Shown: positions 27,867 to 35,500, numbered from the stretch's first letter. The stretch is 48,333 nucleotides of DNA from Clostridia bacterium (GCA_017504065.1 JAFVRU010000176.1:1-48333); one strand, 5' to 3'. Program-made: numbers and translations. Notes: a model not told the origin generated them from the letters alone.

Positions 27867-28895
27867 TTATCTCGTCCGTTTCCCGATCACGCGCACGAGT
27901 TCCGGCAACACGTTACATACCGTCTCCGCCCGCGCTTCGTCGCAAGCCCGTTCGCTCGCATCCTCCAAACCGTTGCTCTTTCTAAACGCAACGGGGCGCA
28001 TGTCGTTAATAAATTCGTCGAACCCCTTTTTATCCCGCGCTTTGAAATATCCGAGCGACAAACCGAGTTTTACGTCCGCAATCCCCGACAAGAACTCCTG
28101 CAAGCTCAAAATCGCGCAATTCGTCAACAGTCCGTAAGCTCGCAAACAGCGGTCGCGAATTTCCGTTTCCTTTTTCATTTCTTCGCGAGCCCGAAGCTCC
28201 AAATCGCAAAGCGTCATGGTCATACCCAGCATTTGTTCGAGTATATCCCGCTCGGAAAGTCCCAAAGTACGCTCGTTACTGATTTGATAGATATAGCCTT
28301 CCGCCCGCGTGCCTTCCCCGAACGCGCCACGTACGGTCAACCCGCCCGCTTTCAGCGTCGGCAGGAATTTTTTCAACTCCCCGTTCCATGCCAAGCCCGG
28401 TAAAAACATCATCACCGAAGCGCGCATACCCGTACCCAAATTGCTCGGACAAGCGGTGAGATAACCGAATTTTTCGTCGAACGCGAAATCCAGCGCCGCG
28501 CCCAAACCCTCGTCGATCCCGCTGATACGCTCGTACGCTTTATACAAATCAAAGCCCTTATAGATATACTGCTCCCGCAAGTGGTCTTCTTCGTTGACCA
28601 TCACGGAAATCGTTTTATCCGCCGAAACGAACACCGCGCCTTTCTTGCTTTTCATGAGCAAAGGACTGATGAGATACTGCTCCTGTAAAAACAACGCTTC
28701 TTGACGGTCGAGTTTTTCGATGTCGTAGCGTGTAAACTCGTCCAATTTCCGAAGTTCTTCCCCGACGAGATGCGCAACGTCTTCTGCGTGCGCGTCGCTC
28801 ATTGTCAGCGGGAACGGATACGCGGCAAAATTACGCGCCAAGCGGATACGTGTGGAAATTACGATCGTTTCGATAAACTCGGGCGCTTGCGCCAT
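27867..28895 (-). CDS. mcsB: Protein arginine kinase (ATP:guanido phosphotransferase)
   Basis: 342 aa. VISTRIRLARNFAAYPFP and CPSNLGTGMRASVM are phosphagen-kinase-type blocks. Confidence 0.9.
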   Translation of the reverse strand: MAQAPEFIETIVISTRIRLARNFAAYPFPLTMSDAHAEDVAHLVGEELRKLDEFTRYDIEKLDRQEALFLQEQYLISPLLMKSKKGAVFVSADKTISVMVNEEDHLREQYIYKGFDLYKAYERISGIDEGLGAALDFAFDEKFGYLTACPSNLGTGMRASVMMFLPGLAWNGELKKFLPTLKAGGLTVRGAFGEGTRAEGYIYQISNERTLGLSERDILEQMLGMTMTLCDLELRAREEMKKETEIRDRCLRAYGLLTNCAILSLQEFLSGIADVKLGLSLGYFKARDKKGFDEFINDMRPVAFRKSNGLEDASERACDEARAETVCNVLPELVRVIGKRTR

Positions 28896-29407
28896 ACGAA
28901 ATCCTCCTCCACTTCCGCCTTTTTTCTCATGCGGAGCAATTTATCCTGATACTCTTTCGCACCTGAAACGTCGCCGTCCTTCAACAGTTTCGCAATCACC
29001 GTTTCCAATTCATGGCATTGCTTTTTAAACCGAGCGCGTTTTTGAGCCTGTTGCGCATATTCGGGTTCATCGCAACCCTGGATGCTTGATTCTGTATCCT
29101 GATCGAGCGGCGGGCGCTTGCCTTTATGCGCGACGACGCCCTGCATTTTGATTACGGTCGGCATAACTTCGTCCGTCAGCGTTCGGTAGCAATACGCGCA
29201 ACCGACCAATTTTTTGTTACGGAATTCCGTTTTCGTCAACCCACAATACGGACAAGCGGAAAGCGATGTTTCGCCCCCCGCTTCTTCCGCGCTAAAAAAT
29301 AACCGATGATAACAGTCCAAGCAGTAATATTCCACCGATTTTTTGCCGTTTTTCATTTGTTCGTACGTTTTTGTCGCTTGATTTTGTCTACAATAACAGC
29401 ACCGCAT
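28859..29407 (-). CDS. mcsA: McsA-like activator of arginine kinase (CxxC zinc fingers plus UVR-like helix)
   Basis: 182 aa. CYC..., CLDC, CPYC and CAYC pairs, plus a C-terminal charged helix. The 3' end overlaps mcsB by 37 nt. Confidence 0.7.
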   Translation of the reverse strand: MRCCYCRQNQATKTYEQMKNGKKSVEYYCLDCYHRLFFSAEEAGGETSLSACPYCGLTKTEFRNKKLVGCAYCYRTLTDEVMPTVIKMQGVVAHKGKRPPLDQDTESSIQGCDEPEYAQQAQKRARFKKQCHELETVIAKLLKDGDVSGAKEYQDKLLRMRKKAEVEEDFVWRKRPSLSKRS

Positions 29408-29427
29408 ACGAATCCCTTACGCCGTTT

Positions 29428-30105
29428 TTATTCTTTGTTGCCCGTTTCAAACGGCTCTATACTTTTTTGAATCTCCGCTACCCGTTTTTTGTTCTTGCGG
29501 AACAAGGAGCGGAAGAACACCCACAATACTTCCAAAATCTGCAACGGTACGCCGACAAGGAATACACACCAAAGCCCGTCGTAATTGTTTCCCAAATCAA
29601 TGGAAATCGCGCGAGCCGTCAAATACGTCGCCACCAAAGATAGCCATATAAGCATTGTCGTTGCAACGAAACTGACGAAACGGTATTTCCAAATCGTGCC
29701 GTAAACTACTACGACCACGCAAGTCAGTACGCACGCGTAGATGAACGCCAACCACCATTCCCCGTCGGGTTTGAGTAGATGTAACGCCACAAAGAAGCAT
29801 ACCGCAACCAACCACACGATCCCGCAGGTAAGCAGCATGATCAATAAATGCAGTCCCGCCGTCTTCCGCTGTACCTGTACGGGCGTATCCTTGTCCAAGA
29901 ACGCGTTTAACGTTACGCCGAACAACTCCGCAAGCTGCACAAGCGTATACACGTCGGGCACGCCGTTCCCCGATTCCCATTTGGAGACGGATTTATCGGA
30001 GTAGTTGATCTTTTCCGCAAGCTCCGCTTGCGTCATTCCCGCCGCTTTTCGGTAATAGATTAAATTTTTGGCAATCTTTTGATTGATTTCGCTACTATTT
30101 TCCAT
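29428..30105 (-). CDS. XRE-family HTH transcriptional regulator with a C-terminal multi-pass membrane domain
   Basis: From the internal ATG (MENSSEINQKIAKNLIYYRKAAGMTQAELAEKINYSDKSVSKWESG) there is a Cro/C1-type HTH followed by about 4-5 hydrophobic helices. The ORF-track extension upstream of 30105 covers the promoter. Confidence 0.8.
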   Translation of the reverse strand: MENSSEINQKIAKNLIYYRKAAGMTQAELAEKINYSDKSVSKWESGNGVPDVYTLVQLAELFGVTLNAFLDKDTPVQVQRKTAGLHLLIMLLTCGIVWLVAVCFFVALHLLKPDGEWWLAFIYACVLTCVVVVVYGTIWKYRFVSFVATTMLIWLSLVATYLTARAISIDLGNNYDGLWCVFLVGVPLQILEVLWVFFRSLFRKNKKRVAEIQKSIEPFETGNKE

Positions 30106-30111
30106 AATACC

Positions 30112-30140
30112 ATTATACTGTTTTTTCAAGCTCCCGTCAA
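30112..30140 (-). promoter_or_regulatory. Sigma-A-type promoter giving a leaderless XRE-mcsA-mcsB-clpC transcript
   Basis: TTGACG (30135-30140), 17 nt, TATAAT (30112-30117). Only 6 nt (GGTATT) lie between the -10 and the ATG at 30103-30105. Confidence 0.6.
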
Positions 30141-30228
30141 GTATGTGGGGGATATTTCCCGTATTTTTCTCGCGAAACTGCCTGAAAAGCCCTTGATTTT
30201 CGGGAATTTTCACGATTTTCGGCAACAA

Positions 30229-30264
30229 AAAACGAACGGGTAAGGGCATCGCTCTTAGGGATTT
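30229..30264. repeat. Left inverted-repeat arm of the cassette
   Basis: Plus strand reads AAAACGAACGG-G-TAAGGGCATCGCTCTTAGGGATTT. Confidence 0.85.
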
Positions 30265-30278
30265 TTTAAGACATTATA

Positions 30279-30306
30279 AAAGAGTAGCAAAATATTGCTA
30301 CTCTTT
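30279..30306 (-). terminator. Hairpin/terminator at the distal end of the cassette
   Basis: Perfect 12-bp stem AAAGAGTAGCAA/TTGCTACTCTTT with a 4-nt loop. On the minus strand it runs into TTTTATAAT. Confidence 0.55.
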
Positions 30307-30379
30307 ACTTTTTGCTTTGCAAAACACACGACTTTCATTTGAAAGTATAGTGTGCTATACTTTTGATTGTAAAGTTTAA

Positions 30380-30853
30380 TTAGATTTGCAACAAAATTTC
30401 TTTTAACAATACTTTTGCTTGAATATCGTTGATTATATCAATTTCAGTGCCTGCATTATATTTGGTATTACATTGTTGCAAATTCGCTTTTGTATACCAT
30501 ATTATAGCTGTTTTATAGTGTCGTGATTTCTCTTCAACAAATTCTTTTGATTTGTCTTTTCCGTGCTTTTTATGACAACAAACTACAACTAATTCACAAT
30601 TATAGTAATCAAAAAATTCAAATGGATGTAGTAAATCTTTTTTCCTGTCACCAATAGAAGTTACACCAATAATATGTTTATTTATATCGAATATTGCAGA
30701 AAAATCTCCGTCATGGTTTTCTACATAATAGGCAACTCTTTTGTATGCAGAGCATAACTTTTGATACAATTTTGTTATAACCATTGTTTTGCCAACATTA
30801 GATTTGCCTTGTAATGCAATTATTTTAATCAAATTTATACTCCTTTTTTCCAT
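30380..30853 (-). CDS. Small orphan P-loop NTPase
   Basis: Walker A GKSNVGKT lies directly after an N-terminal beta-strand (IKIIALQ). The start is either ATG 30851-30853 or TTG 30830-32, the latter having AAGGAG 7 nt upstream. It overlaps the lipoprotein gene end by 8-29 nt. About 30% G+C. Confidence 0.55.
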   Translation of the reverse strand: MEKRSINLIKIIALQGKSNVGKTMVITKLYQKLCSAYKRVAYYVENHDGDFSAIFDINKHIIGVTSIGDRKKDLLHPFEFFDYYNCELVVVCCHKKHGKDKSKEFVEEKSRHYKTAIIWYTKANLQQCNTKYNAGTEIDIINDIQAKVLLKEILLQI

Positions 30854-32129
30854 ATCTATAATTATTTTGTTGCACAAAAGCAATGTTAATATCTTCAATC
30901 ATTAAACATTCTGTGATATTACCAAATTCATTTATATAATACCTATACCATCCTTGTGGGTTCTCAAATACAAAACTTTTAAATTCTGTACGATCGTATC
31001 CGTCCATAAATATTCTTGCATCAATGTATTCTACTTTTTCACCAATTATCACATCTGTTTTATTTGCCGGTAATCCTAGAAATGATGAACAATACTGCCA
31101 ACCATCACCTACAATATTATCATTAAATAAACCACAATTAATAGCGTTCCAGTGAATTTTAAATAATCTATAACAATTACTAAATGCATAAGGGCCTATT
31201 TTTTTTATACTGCTGGGTATAAAAATCTCTTCCAAACTATCACACCAAGAAAAAGCGTGCCCCTGTATTATTTCTATACCGTCACATATTATTACTTTTC
31301 TTAAAATTTTATCATCCTTAAAGGCGCTATTTCCTATTCTTACTGGAAATGAATTTATGAATGATGGAATGACCAGTAGGGTTTGTGTTTTATTTTTTCT
31401 TCCTGTTATTGTAGCTTCTCCGTTTGACACTTTATAATTAAAAACAGTTGAATCAGTTTTAATCCATTTTGCATAAATTGAAGAGCTTGTTTTAAAGTTC
31501 TGTTCTTTTTCCACAGGCAAACTACAATATTCATCAATAAACCAACCATAAAAGTATTTTTCAATATACTTATTTGTAGTTATGTCTTGTGGTTTTTTAG
31601 GTAATTCAATCTTGTAATTTTGTTTTTTACTTGTAAACAACGTAGCAAATAATTCACCATCCACATACGCTTTAATTTGAATTAATTTACTACCTTCATC
31701 AATAATTGTGTTTTGTTCAATGCATCCATATCTTGAACACAATGAGGTTTTTGTGCCATCTTTTTCAAAAGTAGCATTATCATCTGAAATATAATCATTA
31801 AAATCATGTCCTAATGCTGTTCCTAATTTTGTTTTAATATCCAAAGTTCCACAACCATTACCACAAATAGCTGTTTCCGTACCGTCAACTTCACACTTAG
31901 TGTCGTTATTATAGATATAATCCTTAAAGTCGTGGTCTAGTGCGTCAACGTAATCGTCAACGTAACTATCACCACAAGAGCAAGTATACGTTGTATATCC
32001 TTGTTCTGTACAAGTAGGTGCTGTAACACTAGTAGTATAACTATGCTCATGACCGCAAGCTGTTAAGCCTAATATAGAACATAAAGCCAAAGTTAACGTT
32101 AATATTGTCATTAAATGTTTTCTTTTCAT
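30825..32129 (-). CDS. Multi-domain surface lipoprotein: three Cys-rich modules, a Listeria-Bacteroides (Flg_new-like) repeat and BspA-type leucine-rich repeats
   Basis: The ATG at 32127-32129 has AAAGGAG upstream. Signal peptide with lipobox LGLTAC. Three H[ED][HF]...C...DGT.T..C..GC modules. YGWFIDEY...SSIYAKW. LRR_5-like IPSSIKKIGPYAFSNCYRL. Confidence 0.75.
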   Translation of the reverse strand: MKRKHLMTILTLTLALCSILGLTACGHEHSYTTSVTAPTCTEQGYTTYTCSCGDSYVDDYVDALDHDFKDYIYNNDTKCEVDGTETAICGNGCGTLDIKTKLGTALGHDFNDYISDDNATFEKDGTKTSLCSRYGCIEQNTIIDEGSKLIQIKAYVDGELFATLFTSKKQNYKIELPKKPQDITTNKYIEKYFYGWFIDEYCSLPVEKEQNFKTSSSIYAKWIKTDSTVFNYKVSNGEATITGRKNKTQTLLVIPSFINSFPVRIGNSAFKDDKILRKVIICDGIEIIQGHAFSWCDSLEEIFIPSSIKKIGPYAFSNCYRLFKIHWNAINCGLFNDNIVGDGWQYCSSFLGLPANKTDVIIGEKVEYIDARIFMDGYDRTEFKSFVFENPQGWYRYYINEFGNITECLMIEDINIAFVQQNNYRYGKKEYKFD

Positions 32130-32161
32130 AAATCTTCTCCTTTTTCTAGCAAAAATAAAAA

Positions 32162-32185
32162 GTGCGTCTACCGAAGTAAACGCAC
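32162..32185 (-). terminator. Intrinsic terminator inside the 5' leader of the lipoprotein gene
   Basis: Minus strand GTGCGTTTAC-TTCG-GTAGACGCAC (10 bp including one G-U), followed by TTTTTATTTTTGC. It lies about 20 nt upstream of the RBS. Confidence 0.65.
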
Positions 32186-32373
32186 AAAAACGCAAACTCC
32201 GATAGTCGCCAAACCAATTTCAAGCAAGTAAGGATAACCATACTAAAAACCTGATGGAATTTGCATTTTATCAAATTCATTGATTTTTAGTATGCTTAAA
32301 ATAAGTATAAATATCTCCCTAAAAAAGAAAATATCCCTACTTTTGCTTGTTATGAAATTGATTTGGCATAATT

Positions 32374-32402
32374 ATTATAACACTTATAAAAAATTTTATC
32401 AA
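32374..32402 (-). promoter_or_regulatory. Sigma-A-type extended -10 promoter inside the cassette
   Basis: TTGATA (32397-32402), 17 nt, TGtTATAAT (-10 at 32374-32379) on the minus strand, about 245 nt upstream of the lipoprotein ATG. Confidence 0.55.
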
Positions 32403-32424
32403 GCAGTTTTGTGTGGATAAAAGA

Positions 32425-32451
32425 AAACTCGACTTACCAAAAGTTGAGTTT
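32425..32451 (-). terminator. Intrinsic terminator downstream of proS (located inside the cassette)
   Basis: 11-bp stem AAACTCAACTT/AAGTCGAGTTT (one G-U), followed by TTTTCTTTTAT on the minus strand. Confidence 0.6.
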
Positions 32452-32467
32452 CAAAACTATTCAATTT

Positions 32468-32505
32468 AAATCCCTAAGAGCGACGCCCTTAATTCCGTTC
32501 GTTTT
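32468..32505. repeat. Right inverted-repeat arm of the cassette
   Basis: The reverse complement reads AAAACGAACGG-AAT-TAAGGGCGTCGCTCTTAGGGATTT. It ends 7 nt from the proS stop codon. Confidence 0.85.
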
Positions 32506-32512
32506 CTTTCTA

Positions 32513-33943
32513 TTAATAAGCTCTTGCGTAAACCAATACGTGTTCGGCTTTCTTGCCGCATACCGCGCACGTTTCCGCGCTTTCGCCTTCCGCGTATACA
32601 CGCGCCGTCGCCGCCGTTTGCTCCTTGATTTTATCTTCGCATTCACGGCAACCGCACCAGCCCGCTTTGACAAAATTCCCCGCTTCTACGCCCGCGAGAA
32701 TCCCTGCCATATCGTCCGCATACACAATCCGTTCGTCCCGACGTTTTCTCGCCGCTTCCAGCATATCCTTTTGCACCGTCTTCAGCAACGCTTTTACGCT
32801 ATCCGCAGCGCCTGCAAGCGGCAATTCCGTCTTTTCCAACGTATCCCGCCGCGCGCACAGCATCTTGCCCGCTTCAATATCGCGCGGTCCGAGTTCAATC
32901 CGTACAGGCACGCCTTTCATTTCCCATTCGTTGAACTTCCAACCAGGGCTATTATCACTATTATCGAGCGTTACTCGAATACCTGCCCCTTCCAATTCCG
33001 CTTTTAACGCTTCACAAGCTTCCACAACGCCGCCCTTTCTCGCCGCAATCGGAACGATTACGCATTGAATCGGCGCTACCACCGGCGGGAGCACCAAACC
33101 GCGTTCGTCGCCGTGCGTCATGATGATCGCGCCAATCAAGCGAGTGGAAACTCCCCAAGACGTCGTGTAAGCCGTTTTATGCGCTCCGTCGTTGTCCAAG
33201 AACTGAATATCGAACGCCGTAGCGAAATTCTGCCCCATATAGTGCGAAGTTCCGGCTTGCAAGCTCTTTCCGTCGCGCATCATCGCTTCCATGGTATACG
33301 TCGCAATCGCGCCCGCAAACTTTTCCTTTTCCGTTTTTCGACCCGTCATTACGGGAATTGCAAGACAATTTTCGGCAAATTCCTTATATACTTCGAGCAT
33401 TTGCAGCGTTTCTTCCTGCGCTTCTTCGGAAGAAGCGTGTACGGTATGCCCTTCCTGCCACAAGAACTCGCTCGTACGCAGGAACGGACGCGTCGTCTTT
33501 TCCCAACGCATAACGTTACACCATTGATTGACTTTCATCGGCAAATCTCGATAGGATTGAATCCATTTCCCGCACATCGTACCGATAATCGTTTCCGACG
33601 TAGGACGGATTGCCAAAGGCTCGGCAAGCGTTTCCCCGCCCGCTACGGTTACTACCGCTACTTCGGGCGCAAACCCTTCCACGTGTTCCGCTTCTTTGGT
33701 AAAATAACTCATCGGAATGAGCAAGGGGAAATACGCGTTTTCCACGCCTTGTTTCTTGAAACGGGTATTCAGTTCACTTTGAATACTCTCCCAAATCGCA
33801 TAGCCGTACGGACGAATGACCATCGTGCCTTTCACCGGTCCGTAATCGACCAATTTGGTCTTTAATACAACGTCCGTATACCATTGCGGGAAATCCGCGT
33901 TGATATCGGCAATTTGTTCTACGAATTGATTTTCTTTTGCCAT
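32513..33943 (-). CDS. proS: Proline--tRNA ligase (archaeal/eukaryote-like short type with C-terminal zinc-binding domain)
   Basis: 476 aa. FPQWYTDVVLKTKLVDYGPVKGTMVIRPYGYAIWE, class II motifs, and C-terminal CGCRECEDK...CAVCGK. Confidence 0.95.
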   Translation of the reverse strand: MAKENQFVEQIADINADFPQWYTDVVLKTKLVDYGPVKGTMVIRPYGYAIWESIQSELNTRFKKQGVENAYFPLLIPMSYFTKEAEHVEGFAPEVAVVTVAGGETLAEPLAIRPTSETIIGTMCGKWIQSYRDLPMKVNQWCNVMRWEKTTRPFLRTSEFLWQEGHTVHASSEEAQEETLQMLEVYKEFAENCLAIPVMTGRKTEKEKFAGAIATYTMEAMMRDGKSLQAGTSHYMGQNFATAFDIQFLDNDGAHKTAYTTSWGVSTRLIGAIIMTHGDERGLVLPPVVAPIQCVIVPIAARKGGVVEACEALKAELEGAGIRVTLDNSDNSPGWKFNEWEMKGVPVRIELGPRDIEAGKMLCARRDTLEKTELPLAGAADSVKALLKTVQKDMLEAARKRRDERIVYADDMAGILAGVEAGNFVKAGWCGCRECEDKIKEQTAATARVYAEGESAETCAVCGKKAEHVLVYARAY

Positions 33944-34006
33944 AATCGCATTACTCCTTTTTCTTTCGCTTGTTCTTCATTTTCCCCAAGCCAACTTCCT
34001 TTGCGA

Positions 34007-35500
34007 TCAATCCGCAAAAGGATCTTTATCAAAATCTACCAAACTGAACGGTTTCTTTTCTTCGACAACCTTATTCGACTGCGACACACCCGACTTTAAC
34101 ATCTTGCGGTTTTCTTTACGCAATTCGAACACGTTATTGCACGCAGGACAACAATGGTACGCCGAAGAATCCTTGACCGTCAACCGCTTTTTGCAAGTCG
34201 GGCAAAGAATTTGCCACTTGGAAATTTGCGTCGGCTTGCTTTCTTCTTTTTCTTCCACGACCGTTTCCACCAGGGGTTGCGGCTGCGGTTTCGGTTCTTC
34301 ACGGCTCGGCATCGGCAGTACGTAACAGGGTACGGGATACGGAGCGTGTACGTTCACAACCGGTGGCATCGGCATCGGATACGGCATATACGGGGGCATA
34401 GCCGGTTGCGGCAACGGTTGTTGTAACGGTTGTTGTGGTTGCTCCACCGCAGCAATTTCGTCCGTTTCGTCGTCCGACTTCTTCCAATTCGCCTTTAAAA
34501 CGCATTCCAAAACAAAGATTGCAAGCGCGATCCCCGCTACGATCAAGTACTCGTGGAAGTATTCCGCTTTCCCAGCTTCTTTTGTCTTCCACCAAATATA
34601 CCCGAAACACCCTGCGGCAAACAACGCCGTCAAAAGCGAGAATACTCGGAAATTCTTCATACCTTTTCCGTCTCTACCGAAGAAATTAAATTCCGTATTC
34701 GCCGTCGCGTGTTTCACGAGCACAAGCGCGCACAATACCGTTGCCGCTTGCAAGCCCAAATAAATCCATTCTTCCGTACTGCAAACCGTGAATTTGTCTT
34801 GGAGCATGACGGAATACACGTACAATCCGATATTGCTGATTTCCAAGAAGAAATACAAAATCCCGACAACCGCAGCAAGCTGCAATAAGTTCCCCAAGAA
34901 ATACAGGAATAACCCGTAGGGACGTGTTGCTTCTTCCACAGACGTACTGTTTTTAAACTTCCGAACTCCGCCGCCAACCAAGCCCGCGAGCCAATGCACT
35001 CCCAAGCCAACACCCAACGTCAGGTAGCCGAACAGCGTCAACTCCACATCCATAAACGCGTTCTCTTTCCAGCCAAAGAACAGGAAATACAGGAAATAGT
35101 AGATCACGTAGCACGCAAACGAGCCCGAGAAAATACTGCCCATTTTTTCCATTGCGTCGCGATTGCGATCCTTCCGAGCCATGGAGTGTTTATGTAAGCC
35201 CCCAAGACGGAATAAAGCTTTCAGAGCATTGAACAAAATTGCAATCAGGAACAACGATAAAAAGACGTAAAAATACGAGAATTTTGATACGTCAGGCAAC
35301 GCCTTGAAGAAATTCTTGTACCAATCTACGTAGTCTATTACCGAAAACGCTTCCCCATTAATTTTTAAGAATGGTAAAAACGCCAATACCGCCAAAGCGA
35401 TTGTGCCCAAGAAATAGATCCAACCGACGTTCCGCGCTTTATTCTGTTCCTTTCTGATCCGTCTTACCGCCATTTCACCGACCGATCCGTACGCTCTCAT
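34007..35500 (-). CDS. Paralog 1 of an uncharacterised polytopic membrane protein family; carries a Pro-rich linker and a C-terminal zinc ribbon
   Basis: 497 aa. Shares SIFSGSFA, GLGVHWLAGLVGG, GNLLQLAAVVGILYFFLE and LVKHATANTEF...GMKNFRVFS with the two upstream genes. Tail: PQQPLQQPLPQPAMPPYMPYPMPMPP, then CPTC-x14-CPAC. Confidence 0.7.
   Translation of the reverse strand: MRAYGSVGEMAVRRIRKEQNKARNVGWIYFLGTIALAVLAFLPFLKINGEAFSVIDYVDWYKNFFKALPDVSKFSYFYVFLSLFLIAILFNALKALFRLGGLHKHSMARKDRNRDAMEKMGSIFSGSFACYVIYYFLYFLFFGWKENAFMDVELTLFGYLTLGVGLGVHWLAGLVGGGVRKFKNSTSVEEATRPYGLFLYFLGNLLQLAAVVGILYFFLEISNIGLYVYSVMLQDKFTVCSTEEWIYLGLQAATVLCALVLVKHATANTEFNFFGRDGKGMKNFRVFSLLTALFAAGCFGYIWWKTKEAGKAEYFHEYLIVAGIALAIFVLECVLKANWKKSDDETDEIAAVEQPQQPLQQPLPQPAMPPYMPYPMPMPPVVNVHAPYPVPCYVLPMPSREEPKPQPQPLVETVVEEKEESKPTQISKWQILCPTCKKRLTVKDSSAYHCCPACNNVFELRKENRKMLKSGVSQSNKVVEEKKPFSLVDFDKDPFAD

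Larger units (their letters stand above)
30229..32505. mobile_element. Inverted-repeat-bounded low-GC cassette (candidate mobile insertion cassette or invertible segment); no transposase or recombinase inside
   Basis: 36/38-bp imperfect terminal inverted repeats. The composition drops to about 33% G+C exactly between the arms. The interior has its own promoter, leader, two genes and hairpins. Confidence 0.5.

Noticed and set aside
30106-30228. CtsR operator (GGTCAAA heptad direct repeat) upstream of the mcsA-mcsB-clpC operon
   Set aside because: No TTTGACC/GGTCAAA repeat was seen on either strand in the promoter region. Only a hand scan was possible.
32239-32294. The long imperfect inverted repeat in the cassette leader as a MITE or transposon end
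   Set aside because: It is internal and single-copy in the window, and it nests inside a larger helix followed by a terminator. It fits RNA structure better than a DNA element end.
30219-32515. Target-site duplication flanking the cassette inverted repeats
   Set aside because: The bases outside the arms (..GGCAACAA on the left, CTTTCTATT.. on the right) share no direct repeat of 3-9 nt at matching offsets. The apparent flank similarity is the inverted repeat itself extending outward.
33944-34006. T-box or other leader upstream of proS
   Set aside because: The gap to the preceding gene is 63 nt and contains only an AAAGGAG RBS. There is no room for a T-box and no terminator.
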